Of a DNA stretch of 64,000 nucleotides, positions 49,348 to 63,542 are shown in pieces; within the stretch, counting starts at the first letter, position 1, and every line of letters starts with the position of its first letter. Below the pieces are notes generated by a model. It had not been told where the DNA came from and did not search any database. It worked only from the letters and a program-made list of their open reading frames with translations. The DNA is from Pavona decussata (lineage: Eukaryota), in NCBI GenBank assembly GCA_977016875.1, contig CDRNST010000436.1, forward strand, positions 5,828,001 to 5,892,000, in the 5' to 3' direction. Made by a program: the position numbers and the translations under genes.

Positions 49348-49564
49348 GAGGCCGGTTCCACACGAGCAAGGTTCCCTTAACACTACAAGTTCTTTGACAA
49401 TTTTGACTCGTTGAGTGAACACGTTTTCAGCAAACTCGTTCAAAAACTGGAACGGCAGTTGTTGAACAGGGAAGCTTGTTATGGTAAAACTTGACAAATT
49501 CTGTCGCACGCGCCACAAATGAGGGTCACGTGTGAAGAAACACTTGCCCGTGTACATCCAGTCT
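49348..49564. mobile_element. Degenerate MITE (Harbinger-like termini)
   Basis: aggccgg..acacgagcaag / cttgcccgtgt..ccagtct. Confidence 0.45.
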
Positions 49565-50337
49565 CAGTGTTAGTTGTTTTACGCTGCTAACATTTTTTTC
49601 AGTTTAACTTTAACGTCTTTTGCCTTTAGAGTCACTATCTTTAATTATTTACAAATTCGCCTATGGGGGGGGGGGGGGGGGGCAAACAGACTAAAGGACA
49701 TTGTGTCCCTTACTAGGCCTACCTACCCAACTCATTTCCAAAGTAAAAAATTAAACCGAGCCCAACTCACAATTAGATTATAAGAAGTTTAAAAATTGTG
49801 GCAAAACTAAATGCCTGCAGAGGATTAATGCGGCGGTATTTGTGGCAGACAATTTTGTCAGTCTATTGTCTGCATCAAAAACATCATACAGAGAAGAAAA
49901 GCATTATTTTGCAGCTGGTTTTCAAAAGTACAGAGAGATACAATCTTTTTATGGTGTCAGGTACAGAGTTTCATACCCGTATATGGAACTCCGGTTAAGC
50001 CCTGAAGGAGAAAGGCGGCACTGCCTTTCGAAATACTGAGAAGAATAATTGTTTTATTAAAAACAACAAAGAAATGTTGCTAGATCTTGCTAATTTTTTT
50101 TTAATATGACCACCTCATTCCGCCAACCAGATCTTCTCGTCTTTGTGATTTCAAAAAGTTTCTTGCAAGAGATACTCACTAGCTTTTTGGTTTTTTAGAT
50201 ATGAGAATATTGATCGCCAATTTTTCCCTATTTCTTAGACCTCTTACATTGAGCGATCTTGCTGATTTATCTTTGCAAGAACAACCAGAAAACAATTTAA
50301 TAGTCGTTCTTTCTAGCCGGCATGGCCGATAATTAAC

Positions 50338-50352
50338 AATTATTCCACGAGC

Positions 50353-50410
<58 letters not shown>

Positions 50411-50447
50411 AATCATCTCATATCCAACAAGCGCAAGTGGAATAATT
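50338..50447. mobile_element. Palindromic element with CGAG-hairpin-CGAG core (Crypton-like?)
   Basis: aattattccac..gttggatatgagatgat / atcatctcatatccaac..gtggaataatt around cgaggcgcgtagcgccgag. Its tail is partly duplicated at 50043-50330. Confidence 0.7.
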
Positions 50448-50961
50448 TTTTTATTAAAAAAAATCAAGAAATATTGCTAGATCTTACTGATTTCGCTGTG
50501 CAAGAACAACCAGAAGACAATTTAATGGTCACCATTTCTCGGCCATGGTATAATGGCTCATACACCATGGCCGCTAAGCCAGTCAAATCCCTCGAATTGC
50601 ATTATACAATGATTCAATTTTTAATAATAGCTGATATACCATGGCCGCTAAGCCAATCAAAACTCTGGAATTGCAAGTTATAATGTATTTTCACAACCGT
50701 AAAAATCAGCTGTGCATTTCTATCATATTCTTAACTTAATACCCTCCCCCCCTTAAAACAAGTCTTTCCCGAACATAAACCGTTAAATGTCCTTTGAAGT
50801 CATATAACCTCAAGGCCTGTATTCGTAATTGTAGGGTATTAAAATTATAAATGACTCGGGGTTTATCTGGACAAACATCTACATTTGGTCTTGTGGTCTT
50901 AGTCGTCAACGTTAGACTTGTCTAGTAAGAAAATTAGGAGATAAAGAATTCCTGCCAGGAA

Positions 50962-51129
50962 ATAGGACATTTTCACTATGGCGTCATTTTACTACAACTA
51001 CCAGAATCCTTCTGGTTTTTGTTTACTCATGCTAATTAGAGCTATTGTTCTTTGCTGTCCATTGGGATTACAAAATTTTGAAAAGAAAAGTAGTTGTAGT
51101 AAAATGACGCCATCTTGAAAATGGCCTAT
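50962..51129. mobile_element. MITE of the ATAGGCCATTTT family
   Basis: atggcgtcattttactacaactac / gtagttgtagtaaaatgacgccat. Confidence 0.75.
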
Positions 51130-51187
51130 TGCGCAGATTTGTCCAGCCACCGACCATATTTGTATGATTACTTTTTTCTTTTCTTTT

Positions 51188-51220
<33 letters not shown>

Positions 51221-51261
51221 ATGTTTCAGTGTCAGAGTATTCAGTGCAATGTTGCTGTGTG

Positions 51262-54206
51262 TCACGGTGTTGGTGTTGGTGTGACTGGTGAATCAGGACC
51301 ATCCCTCCTGTGATTGGCTTCCTCTTTGAGTTTGTGAAGGGGAATACTTACAGCCAATGAGCTTGCACGAGAGCTACGGGTTGTTCTTGTGGTGCTTCTA
51401 CTAATGATTGTTTTCCTGTAGCGATCCTTTCTGCTTGGACCTCTGCAAAGAACGCGATAAAATTCCTGACGGTAGTTCTCTGAGAATATCACATAAAGAA
51501 TCGGATTAACAGCGCTGTTGGCATAACCCACCCACGGGACGACCATGTAAAACTCCATTGGAATCTTGGGCATTAATGGCTTGTTAAAATTATCTATCAC
51601 TTCCAACGCTTGCCATGGTAGCCACGACAGAGCGAACACAATAACCACAGTTATTAACATGGCAGTCGCCCGTCTACTTGAGGACTGGGCTTTTTTGTTC
51701 GAGCCTAAGTTTCGATGGCCGGGGAGTTTTCTGCTCCAAAGACGTAACCCTGCCAAGCCGTAGAGTACGGCGATGATTATCAGCGGAATGGCGTAACCGA
51801 TCAAAAAGAGAAGAGTAGCGAAGGTGTGCTCTGACATCGTCTCCCAGCCCATTTCATCATCACAAACCATGATGTCTGTTCCCTCCAATCGTCGATTCTT
51901 GGACGCCATCATAGCTGGAACCGTGAATCCGAGGGTGCACAGCCAGATCATAGTGATCGAGAAACGCACAACGTTTCGTGTCATGATCGTCTTCATCGGG
52001 AACAAAATTGCAAAGCTTCGGTCAAGAGAAATTGCCACTAAACTTAACACCGAGGCGACTATGGATCCTACCATAGCGGAATGAAAAAACTTACACAAAA
52101 CGTCACCCATGACTGTGCCAAACCATTTATTATACACGAAAAACCATTTGATCGTGTAGGGTATGTCTATGGTCATGAGGAGATCCGCAATGGCCATGTT
52201 GGCGATAAGTGTGTTCGTTGAACTGCGCATGTGGTTTACTGTGAATACGATGTAAATCACGACCGCATTACCGATCAATGCCAGTATAAAACTGGTAACT
52301 GCAATAATGGTTATTGCAATTGTAATGTTCGGTGGAATGGGTGGCATAGAAAATCCACCACCCTCCGCTGTGGAGTTTTCTGTTGTGTTGGAAAGCGCAG
52401 AAAGTTCTGTAAAAGAAGAAAAAAGGACAAAACAGGAGGCCTGTTAAAAGAAAAAAAGATTTCGATTGATCTGTAATACATGCGCAATTATTCTTGTAGG
52501 CTCTATAATTCTTGAACCCAAGAATTTTTCTCTTTTTTAGGCGATTAAAAAAGACAGTGCAGTCGAGAATATAGCTGTCGGTATTTTTTCAAAGGTGTCT
52601 CGTAGTCTTGGGATGATATAATAGGTCATTTCCGAGTTGCTTTAAACCTCATTATGAAAGCGAGGGTAGGTGCAAAGTTTTTATCATGAAAATTAAATTT
52701 CATTCATATGCAAACAAAACTAATTTCCATATGGAAAGCTTCGCACTTAGCCTCGCTATCATAATGAGGTTCACAGCAACTCGGAAATGGCCTATTCAGT
52801 GTGTCGAAAGAAGAGTAGAGGGTGAGACGTGCTACAAACTACAAAGTAGCAGTCTGTGCCTTAGCTTTTGGTTGCCGCACTACAGTTGAACCTCCCGAAA
52901 ACTATGAAACCTAAGCGGTCGCCCACGGAAGAAGGTCGTTAATGAGAGGTGGTCGTATAGGAAGGTGGCACCTCCGGGGAGACCCATAAAACTGTATTTG
53001 TTAGTACCTATTGCTGACTTATTTTTACATCCGGGGATCGATTGTTGTACCTCCTGCCAACAGATACTTCTGGGACAAAAAAGCAAGTATAGTATTTCTC
53101 GTTTACTTTGGAAGTGTTGGGATAGATGGTTTATTTTTGACTGAAAAATAAGAATAAAACACTTTCAACTACTCAGTGGATGTTCAACTGCAGCTATGAA
53201 TAAACTGCAAATTGAGGACCGCAAACGAAAATGCTGCAAGTATGCGCAGGATCTGTAAAAGATTTAATCATCCAAAAATAAACAAAAGTGGCTCGAATAA
53301 CTACAAAATCACGCGACCTTCAGTTGAGGTCGTGTTTACTGTTTCACGTTATTTATAAAAGACTTGCTAACTTGGTCCGAAGAAATTGCTCGAAAAATCG
53401 GAGAGTTCTAAATACGTACTTTAAAATTAAGATTCACTGTTCCTGTTAGTTCCTGTGGTTGGTGAGAAAAATTAAAAACACAGGAATTCATGCAGAAAAG
53501 GAGGTTAATATGATTTGGAGCCTTCTGTGAGGTGGAAGTGATAACAACCGGCTAAAGTCAACGGTAAAAATTCAATTACATTTGATTGTATTCTGTTATT
53601 AAAATAAACACAGGGGGACGAGGAAACTGACAACTTTTGTTTCCTCGACATCATTTACCGGCAGGCAAAGCAATTTAGAACAGATAAATCTCGAGTTGAA
53701 TGTAACCGTGATGTGACTTTATCTTGTAACTCAGTGCCACGTTTCAAATGAAATTAAGTGCTTCAGTAGCATTACTTTTCTGTGTTGCTGTTTACTGTGA
53801 TGCTTTCTGACTAAATTGTTCTAACGTTTGAGTCTGTTAATAAAATCAACGACGAACCTACCCTGTGGTACGATTTATTCTGCTGTGGTGTGACCATTCT
53901 GCTAAAGTGTGACCATTCAAATGAAAGCTTCTGAGCAGGACTTTCCCGTGGTACTTTCTATTATGCTGTACAAGGTGGTTCTCAATTTTGCGTCTCTGGA
54001 TGAAATCCGTAAGTATGACCATTCAAATTAAAGCTACTGAGCGGTACTTTCCTGTGGTGCTGCTTATAATGCTGTACAAGGTGATTCTAACTTTCGAATC
54101 TACGGATCAAATCCGAAAGTTCCGAAAGTTGTCGATGATGCCCTTTATTTTTTAGTACCATTAGGAAGCCCTAATGGAGAGTAATCAACTTACCTGTTGG
54201 CTTCAT
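51262..54206 (-). CDS. Class A (rhodopsin-like) GPCR of neuropeptide-receptor type, about 385 aa
   Basis: Exon 54206-54194 (ATG AAG CCA ACA G|gtaag) joins exon 52406-51262 (cttttacag| acceptor, phase 1). Seven hydrophobic segments with GN (TM1), MAIADLL (TM2), WFG..LCK (ECL1/TM3), DRS, W (TM4), YAIPL (TM5), SWLP (TM6) and NPILY (TM7). Spliced N-terminus has NTT, NST and NIT sequons. Confidence 0.92.
52621..52795. mobile_element. MITE of the ATAGGCCATTT family in the GPCR intron
   Basis: ataggtcatttccgagttgct..aacctcattatga / tcataatgaggtt..agcaactcggaaatggcctat. Confidence 0.8.
52883..53190. mobile_element. Degenerate pogo-like MITE
   Basis: ta|cagttgaac ... gttcaactg. Confidence 0.5.
53740..54120 (+). 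repeat. 106-bp minisatellite, about 3.5 degenerate units
   Basis: Repeated gaccattcaaat..aagct..tgagc..actttcc.gtggt units. Confidence 0.85.
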
Positions 54207-57200
54207 GATTGCCTGCTAAACGTACGACTGGGAAAGCAGTTTGTCCTCACTCAAAACTCGTCAATTCTGATATAAAGAAAAGGCCTCGGGTTAATTAAGA
54301 AATGATTAGCATCCTCCCTTGAACAATATCACATCCCTCTTGGGTGCTAGTTCGTCATTTCTACAAAACGATAACAATTCTGCTCTCACACTCAGCTGAG
54401 CGTGTTTGTAATTATAATCACAATCAATTTGTTTACTTTGCTTTGTGATATGGGTAGTATGTAATCTGTTAACATTAGTTTCCTAACAAGGGATGTGTTT
54501 TTAATCGCTGATCCCACTTTTTGATCCCTAATTCCAAACATGTGAAAGAGATCGATGCTTGATCACACAAAATTGCACAATAAGATACCTAATCCTTGTC
54601 TGCATCAAGCTTTTATGAAAGACCTGATAGTCAGGCTAAATCTCTTGTGATCCCTGGCAAGTGTGATATTTGATTCCTGATCTCAAATTTTGATTTTGAA
54701 TTGATATTCTGAGATAAGCCACACTCATATGATATGTAAATAATTCAACGTGAGTGCAACCCAATTTCAAAATAAACTTTAACTTTTACTACTGTCTGTA
54801 ATGAAATAAAAATCGTCTCTGTTTGACCAATCGAATTCAACTTTTCTGAAGTAAATAATTGTCGGGTATCATAATCAATGTCATTGTTCATGTTCGTGTT
54901 TATTTTATTAGTCTATCACCATCACGGTGATACCAATGGAAACAGCAGACAAATCTTAGGTACAGAGTCTACAACTTTTCCTACATTCAGCCAATCAATC
55001 AATTCTGCTCAAATTCTGTGAATTAAACTGGCTGTTAAATAAATTATGTCCTTCTTGGGTGTGTTTTCCTAACAGTATCAGTGATATCAGTGATATGTTG
55101 CAAAATCCCAAATACAATCCATCATTGAAAAACAGGGGGAAAATCATTAATTTATCATTGCACTTTGCAACTTGCTACTCTTTGGATGTCATATCAGGCT
55201 CGCATCAATGAAGAAATATATACGTGACATTCGATCCTACCGCAAAAACCATTACAGCCGGTATTGAGTGCAAGTCCAACACTTGTTTTAAAATGCACTC
55301 AGTGACTTAGATAACGGATTGAAGAGCTTTTGATAACAAACAGAGTACGTGTCAGGCCTTTAATTATGAACGAACAGAGCAAGGTCTTTTCAAAACCGTG
55401 CGTTAATTTCCGTGGGAAGAAAGCAAACTTCCTGGTTTAAGACAAAATATCTCTAATCCCATCTGATTTGCAATAGGGAACAAGGTAAAAAATTAATGAA
55501 AAAACTTCGAAAATATTTCACCAAACATTACAACAAACTTCATTCTGTTAAAAGTATTGAACTACACTGGAAAATAGTGCACGATACCTCGAACCACATT
55601 GCAAGCGGCAAAGTTTGTCCATGAGCATGAAAGTTTTTAGTAATAAAGTTTTCCCTCAGTTCTAGGTAACATTTACACACGCAATTTGTATGCTTTTGCT
55701 GCAACATTTTAAGTCGAAAATATCAAGTCAATATGAGCTCAAGGCTTATATTCGTTCAAAGCGCACTTTACGGGTTCAATTTTTTAGGGAAAGCTTATTT
55801 TCGGGCGGTGGGGTGGGAAGTGGGTGATATTGGAGGGAATGTTTGCGTTTCAAGATTTGTTGATGTTTGACAATGGAAAGAGCTCGAAAAAAAGAAATAC
55901 ATGCAGCCATTCTTTATATAATAATAAACCAATAAAAATACCTCTCTGTTTTACAAGTTTTCTTTTCATTCTTTCTTTCTTGTATTGTTTTTTTTTGTGT
56001 GACAGGTGTGAGTTACGCAACTTGTTCAAGAGGATGATAAAATCTTATTTCTTCTTGCACGCATGTTGTCAGAAAGAAGCATACTGTAGAAAAACGGATG
56101 ACCAGCTAAGGGATATTGTGTAGATGAAGCATCCAATTCTCAGGATAAATTTCAAATTAAATTCTCATGGTAAATTTCAAAAGAAATACTTGGAATTAAG
56201 TAAAGAGAATGCATTCTTCAAACGTAGGATTGATATGTCAAATCAAATCAAGATGACAAAACGTTATCCACTTGTATTCACAGAACATACCTCGTTGATT
56301 TGTCGTTGACTTTGGGTTAAGCTTTTTTGTCCTTGAAGCTGAATTGTTTCGATCTGGTCCCCACGAAAATGACACCAAATTGAAAACCCAAGATGGCACA
56401 GTGTCAGTGCTTTTATAGAATAAACGGAATTTTCTGTCGCATTTGTTTCGTGTTTCCGATGTTTATAAAAACCTGGAAGTCCAATTGAACATATAAACGA
56501 ATCACGACATGGCTAAGATAACGATAATCAAGCGTGTGTCATTAAATAACTGCTTACTTGAGCCACGTTCTAGTCACGAAATAAAACAGCAGTATATTTT
56601 ATATTACAAATAACCTCGCTTGGTCCCTAAACTTCTAAAAAAATTAATTTTTAAAACATGATGGCCTTGGCAGTTGGATAGACACTGCCATTTTCACATC
56701 AAATGCATGCCTTTCAAAATGCACATTTCTGTTAATTACTGGTCAGGAATAAGCATAAGTAATTTTACGCACATTTCGTTTGATAAGTCGACCATTGATA
56801 GCGTCGGAGTACAAATTTATTTGTCGAAAAATCGTTAGGCAAAACATATCTTTTTCGAATTACAATAGATGAGTGGTACAATAAGCAGGCTTTCGGAAAT
56901 TTGTCTTTACATACGTCAAATACACGTATTTTCGGCACCTAAAAGCTCACTACATTTTCGAGAACTGATTAACAGAAAAGTATAGAAATCGCCGCACTTT
57001 GGAACTAAGAGGACTGACATCATTAAGAGAGTTTATGCAGAAAATATTGTTGGAAACTCCCTCGTATCAAAACCATTTCTAACCATTCCCACGCGCTACG
57101 TAGCCTCCATTGTAAGTTTCTTCTAGTTCAGTGGAAATTTGGATAAATAATGGAAATTTGAAAGACACAAAAGATCTTATTATTCACAGTTTTAGCTTCA

Positions 57201-59984
57201 AGCGATTAACATGTTTCAACGCTTACGGAGTATGTTCTGGGCATTTTCCTTTATTGAGATTTTGGACTTAGTACCCTAAAAATTACTTTGTTTAGATCGA
57301 TGTTTTTTTTTTTAATGAAAAGATTCTTTTTCTATGTAACCATTTTGCTTCAAAAAACATAAAGTAAAAAAACTGATTGTGATTTTTCTGGAAAACTATA
57401 GACAAAAACAACTCACTTAGCGTAAAGAGAAGGAACGATAATTTATTCAAAACCGTGCACCTTATTAGTAGAACTTTGAAACTCTTTCACAAATATATTC
57501 ATATCTTTTCTTTTACTTCCACGAAAGACCAAAGTAAACGCAATGTAGATTGTGTAGAAGGGAAATAAATCTTGTTGGCAAAGAGGCAGGTTTATTTTTC
57601 ACAACCAAGTTTCCATTATTTATGTGGTATCAAATTCGCGTTCAATCACACGTTTCTAGAAAAAAAAAAAAGGAGAAATTTCTAAACGACTGTCACTTGG
57701 AAAGTAGAATGTAGATTACTCAATCTCTTACTATTGTAAAATCAAAGATATCACACCTGACCAATCACAACATCCATAGATAACCCGCGCAAATAACGCA
57801 ATCAACCAATCAAAATTCGATAAAGCAAAGTTACACCCAGGGTAACATGTAAAACGTGCGCAACCGTGAAGTTTTGTCGTCTTAAAATTGCACCCTTAAA
57901 GATAAACGTACGTGCTTTATCCAAGTCGATTATTGATTGGTAAGAGTGAAAAATGTTGGCTTTGCCACATAATAATGACATGGTGAAGCCAACATTCACC
58001 AATATCAGATCGTCGTATTAGTGTTGACACAAACCTTTGCACGAAAGTTGTAAAAGACTTTCGAAATATAACTAAAGTTGTCTAGTGGAACCTCCCAGCC
58101 ATCTTTTACAGTCTTCCACAAAAAAACTGTGAGCATTGAATTCCATAAATAAGCTATATTTACTTTAAAACAGGCTTAATGACTCGCCACGGTGAGGTAA
58201 ATGCGCTAGAATATGATTTCTCACCACTATCTTAATGCACGTTTGTAAGAAATTATTTTTCTTGTCATCTTAATGTAAGGATGGCAAACAAATAAAGTAA
58301 ATAAATCTTCATTTTTTCAGAATACAAAAAAGAATATTGTTCAATTAAAATCAATGTCCTAGGATAACCCATTACTTACAGAGGCTGGTCGTGATTAACT
58401 AAATGCACACTAACAATGGAGATAACATTTCCCGGTGAGCGGAAATGTTGAGAAAATAATTGTGGTAAGCACTGAGATAACCCAGCTCTCAATTTGCCTT
58501 TTATGATCAGAGCAAACAAATAAGTTTTAATACAGAGGTAAATAAGCCGGAATGGATTCTTGTCATTCATGAAATTTCGCTGACCAGGGAGTCAGGTTTG
58601 GCTAAAAAAAAGAGTTGTGAAATTTGTTTTGCTTGAATATTTATTACAAACAAACAAGACCACCGCACAGTAAACGTTAGAAACACCTTGTTCATTATAA
58701 TTATAAAGAGCAGCACTACAGAAAAGTACTAGCTACTCAACAGCTCTCTGCCAAGAGTAGTCACACAGAACTTCACAAAAATAAAGGCTACATGTAGATG
58801 ACCCGACAGGGTTTGAAAAAGACTTGGAAAAGACTCACACGGCCTGTTGTACAGGTGCATTTCCCAAAGAATTAAAAGTCATTAAATAACTGCCATATTA
58901 ATGAACAAGAACATACACTGCTTAGTGGAAGATTTTTCCAGAGACAACAACGTGATATAAACAACTCATCGAATTCAAATGGTGCTTAAAATAAATTTGG
59001 CGAACGTTCAAACTTCTATTTTCTTCTAAGATGTGTCACGTTTTCAAACAAAACTGAGGCATGTATTTACAGTTTTGACAAATTCGCTGACACTGAAGTA
59101 TCGTTAATTTAGGTTTATTAATATCCAGGTAAAAATCTGAAGAGAAACACGTGGGTAAAAAGGTAAAGTTACCATTCACATATGAATCTCAATTTTGAAT
59201 TAAGTTAACGTTCTTAGCGGAAATTTTATCTTAGCTTTTCACGAAGCAACATCTATTGACAGAGTGCATGGAATTTTAATTACTTTTCCCGCTTACTATA
59301 AATACAAAAGTTAGTCAATTTCTATATTTTAATTTCCTAAATAACTTTTATTTCGAAAATGAATTAAGAAAATTGACTCAGTTATTTTTTTTAATTATCA
59401 ACTGAGTTTTCCACTGAAATAAACTCAGTGCCTTGATCCATGACGAAGTTTGTTTATTTCACTTGTCATTTATGTGTTTTACTCTACTTCAAAATTTTCG
59501 CAGTAGTTAAATTAAGTACCGTTAAACGGACAATTCAAAATCTATTCAATACATATAACGTAACAATGCGGAAGAGTACAATAATATAACTTTTTTAACA
59601 GTCTTCTGTAGGATAGCTTTAAATATATGGTAGCTGTTATCAGGCGCTTGTGTTTACAGAACATTTGTTGTTTGAATTAATTTTTAATCATAAATTTTTG
59701 ATGTCAACACACGTTTCCTCTTTGCACGTAACTTTTCTGAATGCCTTTTAACGGTCTGCTACATTTTACTGATGATCAAGCTTTGCTCCGGACACGAATA
59801 ATAAAAAAATGCTTCAACAACAATCAAATTGACATAAACAGGAGTGAACTTTGAAAAGAAAGTATAAATTAAAATAGATCTAAGCGGAAGTTCCTTAAAT
59901 ATGCTCTCGCTTTTACACATGATGTTAGGATGACAAAGCTTTTCTCACCTCCTACGTAAAGCCCGATGCTAATTCTAAATTTAA

Positions 59985-60075
59985 GTCGATGGGTGAAATC
60001 CTTTATGACCGTACAAGGTGCTTCTCACTTTTGAATCTGTGTAAAATCCCTAAAGTTTGACCATTCAAATGAAAG
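59985..60075 (+). repeat. Single degenerate unit of the 106-bp minisatellite
   Basis: gtacaaggtg.ttctcacttttgaatctgtg..tgaccattcaaatgaaagc. Confidence 0.7.
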
Positions 60076-63000
60076 CGACAGAGTGAGAGATGTACTTTCA
60101 CACGATCTCTTGAATTTGAGTGGGTTTTTTTGGTTATTTATTATCATTTTTATCATTTTTTTTTGCCTTAATTTCGAATGACATGGTCAATAGCAAAACT
60201 ACTCTTTAGAAAATTAATCATGAATTATATTACCCCCTACCTCTCAAGCAGTTGTCACTTGGACTTCTGAATACACGATAAAACGATCACTCCTCTGTTT
60301 GAGAGGATGTCTAATTAACAGGTACTTCCACGCTATTTTAAAGGATTCTCTGGGTAAAAAGTCGACTTCAGAAAACAGCGAAGAAAAGACCATATAACTC
60401 GGACGACTTTCACCTTCCTAATGAAAGCGGAAAAAGCTGAACAGAGTGATATAAGGACTGTTTACACGTAATAATAATTATTATACTCTTCAGCCAATAA
60501 ACTGCCAGTTTTTCAACGAACAATGGATTATTATAACTTTCTCTCCTTTCGTATCCGGTTGATTAGAAGACAGCTCAATAGAAGTGATTTTCATTACAAT
60601 CAGAAGAAAGAACTCGTCAAAAACACGAACGGAAGGCGATAATTTTACGGGCGAGGCGGGGCAAATAAAAAGCAGTCATCACCGTTTTGCCATCAACGGC
60701 AAACTGTTAGCGGGGAAATACGTGAATTTGTCATGAATTAATAATTCGACTTCATTTATGACAATGAATAACAAAACGGCGTGTGAATAAGCACGGAGTA
60801 CTGTCATTTCAAATCATTGATAAAAATTAGTCGTGTACACATAAGCGCGTAATGTTAATGAGTCACAGTCAAAAATGCATTATTTTAAATTAACTTTTTG
60901 AAAACGTCGTCTAAGTGCAATGGACTCCAACGAGATAAGTCATTAAAGGTGACAGGGATAATACATGGGGGTGAAAGGGAATTAATTTGGTAATAATTGA
61001 AAATGGAGGCCTATAGGAGGTCTTAAAGAAGTTAGAGATAATAAATGGTGTAAGCGATTTTTTTGGTTGAAATTGAAACTGAAAGTCTCTGTAAGTCTTA
61101 ATTTCACAAACATCGTGGGTAAAAACGCTAGTCAAGGCTTAAATTAATTAGAATTATTTGACTTTATACTGGAATAGAATTAAGCAAAAATATGCCATTG
61201 TACGTGTAACTATGTTAAGGCGCTTAAAAAATTTACGGCGGAATTTTCCACATCTTTAGGCAGGACTCGAAATTTCTCTGCTTGCAATACGTCTGAGAAA
61301 TTGCTGGCCAAAACGGCAATTTTTACAGCGTTTTTGTTGTATGTGTGCTTGACAAACAACTGCGGGAGACCTGACAGGACTCTATTTGAATATTCACAAA
61401 ATTTTATTAATCTTTTATGCGCTAGGATCTTGTATGTTTCAAAATCAACTCAAAAATTTCAGCAAGCCTTTGTATACAACATTTAATTTTTATGTATTTT
61501 CAGTGTAGGTTTATTCAGAATAACACACATCAAATAAAACTTTTAATTAAAACAAAATTTTTAAATGTTCTTGAGACCAAACCTTCATAAAATTGAGCTT
61601 TCTGGTGTAGATGAAGATGAAACATTTCCAAGGAAATACAGTGACCGAAAAAGTGTGAAAAGAAATATATATGTGTTGATTTGACAGATTATAGCTTTTT
61701 ATGAAGAATCGTATATTGCCCTAGTAACAGCATTAACCACGGACTTGGTTTTTAATTTTCCTTTTTCTTTGTTAGGATGATTCAGAATATTTTATAAAAG
61801 GCTTGTTTGGTTCATATTGTTAGGGTAAACGGAGTTACTACTTTTGAATTTTTACTGGTGTCAAAGGAGATATCGTTTCATTTCATAGGATAGACTATTG
61901 TGTGCCTTCGTCAGTTGAGCAGATATATTGAATAATTTAACATCAGCTTCAAGTTAATACGATGTTGAAAAGCTCAACATTGAAGTCAACTGTAAAAACA
62001 ATAAAATGCTTGCTGGGTTGGATTAAACGGTTGTATATCTATGATAAACGAACTTGTTCTCATATATACCCCAATCACATGAATTGCCCTCAGTAAAAAT
62101 TACAAGGTTCGTAGAGTTTGATGTCCGCGGACGATTTCAACCCGCGGCTTGGCAAAGCTCTGTTTTCTCCTATATTATGAATACCGTGTGAGAGATCACA
62201 ATGGAACGCTATCTTTATAGATAGCAAAAAGAATGAAACCGGAAAAAGTCACAATGTAAAGGCACAAGTCTTCGTAAGCGATATCAAGCGCTGGCCAGCT
62301 GCAATGGTCCCCACGCCAAGTTTATAATAGCGCTTGGTGAAGTTTATATCAATTAGGCTCGCTCACATAATGCGCATTCAACTTATTTAGATTACTCACC
62401 AATTTGATTTTTAGGAAGATCACAGCAGCTCTCTGGTATATCGACGTCGCTTTTCGATGTTCTTTGAAACAGAGAATTTTCTGAGTTCTAAAAATGCAAA
62501 AACCGGCGAAAGCTCAAAAAACTCACTAAATATGTAAAAATAATTTAAGAATCAACCTGGAGTAAACATAACCTTCTGTTATACTCAAACACTATTTACT
62601 CTTTAAACCTTGCTCGGTCATTTTTTTTAGTAGAAATTATTAATTAAAGATCTATCAATCACTGTTAATGAAGGACCAATCACAAGAAAGTAGCCTGTAA
62701 AAAATGGCCGATCTTATTTGATAATTTACCCCTGGCGTCAGTGGAAAGGGCAAAGATATTCAAATACAAAAATCGGATATAATAAGTAGCTGCTGCTTGG
62801 GTTTCGGTTATCAACTGTTCATTCTGTGCCGACAAGGAATGAGCTCGTATATTGTAAGACATTACCTGTAATCATATTTAATGTTACATTCGAGAATATT
62901 ACATTTGTCGCCTTTTTTCACAATTCACACCTTTTTCGCCAGCCACGGTAATCAGTCGGAAAGTGTAAATTACAAAGAAGTTGTCATTTACGCAAGAAGA

Positions 63001-63542
63001 TCACCTATCTTAATGAAAACTAAGAATCATATAACATGATGAATGTTCATCAACCCCTCGTATCAATTTTTATGCAAGCCAAGGCGTTCTTGTTCTTTTC
63101 TGAAATAAACGCGATAAAACGATAAGTATACCGCGAGGATTTTGTTTGTGTTATCTCAAAATTATTCAAAACTTTCGAATACGTCCCCTTTCCCATGAGC
63201 AAAATGCTTAAATAACACTAAAAGATAGCTTTGTAGCGAGTTCTTGAAGAAAGAACGAGCTCAATACGTTTTCAGTGCTTTTTGCATAAGACAACGCTTG
63301 CAGAAGATAACGACAGGCCGACTTGAAAACATCTGCCTTTTTTTTTCAAGTTCACATCCACTTCTACCATGACAAGTAATACAAATTACAAGGCATTTGT
63401 AAAAACGTTTTAGTGTCTAACATAGCAACGTTTGAGGGCTATTTTTTCAGGGTTTTAATAAAAATGACTAACCTAGTCCTTTTAACACAAATAGTCAAAC
63501 CGTCGCTATCCGCAGTTTGACTGTGTGTTGGAAATCTTAACT

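Noticed and set aside
51172-51220. Minus-strand poly(A) about 40 nt after the GPCR stop as a retrogene scar
   Set aside because: No AATAAA between the stop and the tract, no TSD, and the gene has an upstream intron. More likely a simple repeat and an internal-priming hazard.
59768-59800. CTGATGA..GAA as a further hammerhead
   Set aside because: No convincing stem II, no GAAA and no stem I or III.
61870-61916. Minus-strand CTGACGA-aggc..gtct as a hammerhead
   Set aside because: GAAA does not follow the hairpin directly; too degenerate to call.
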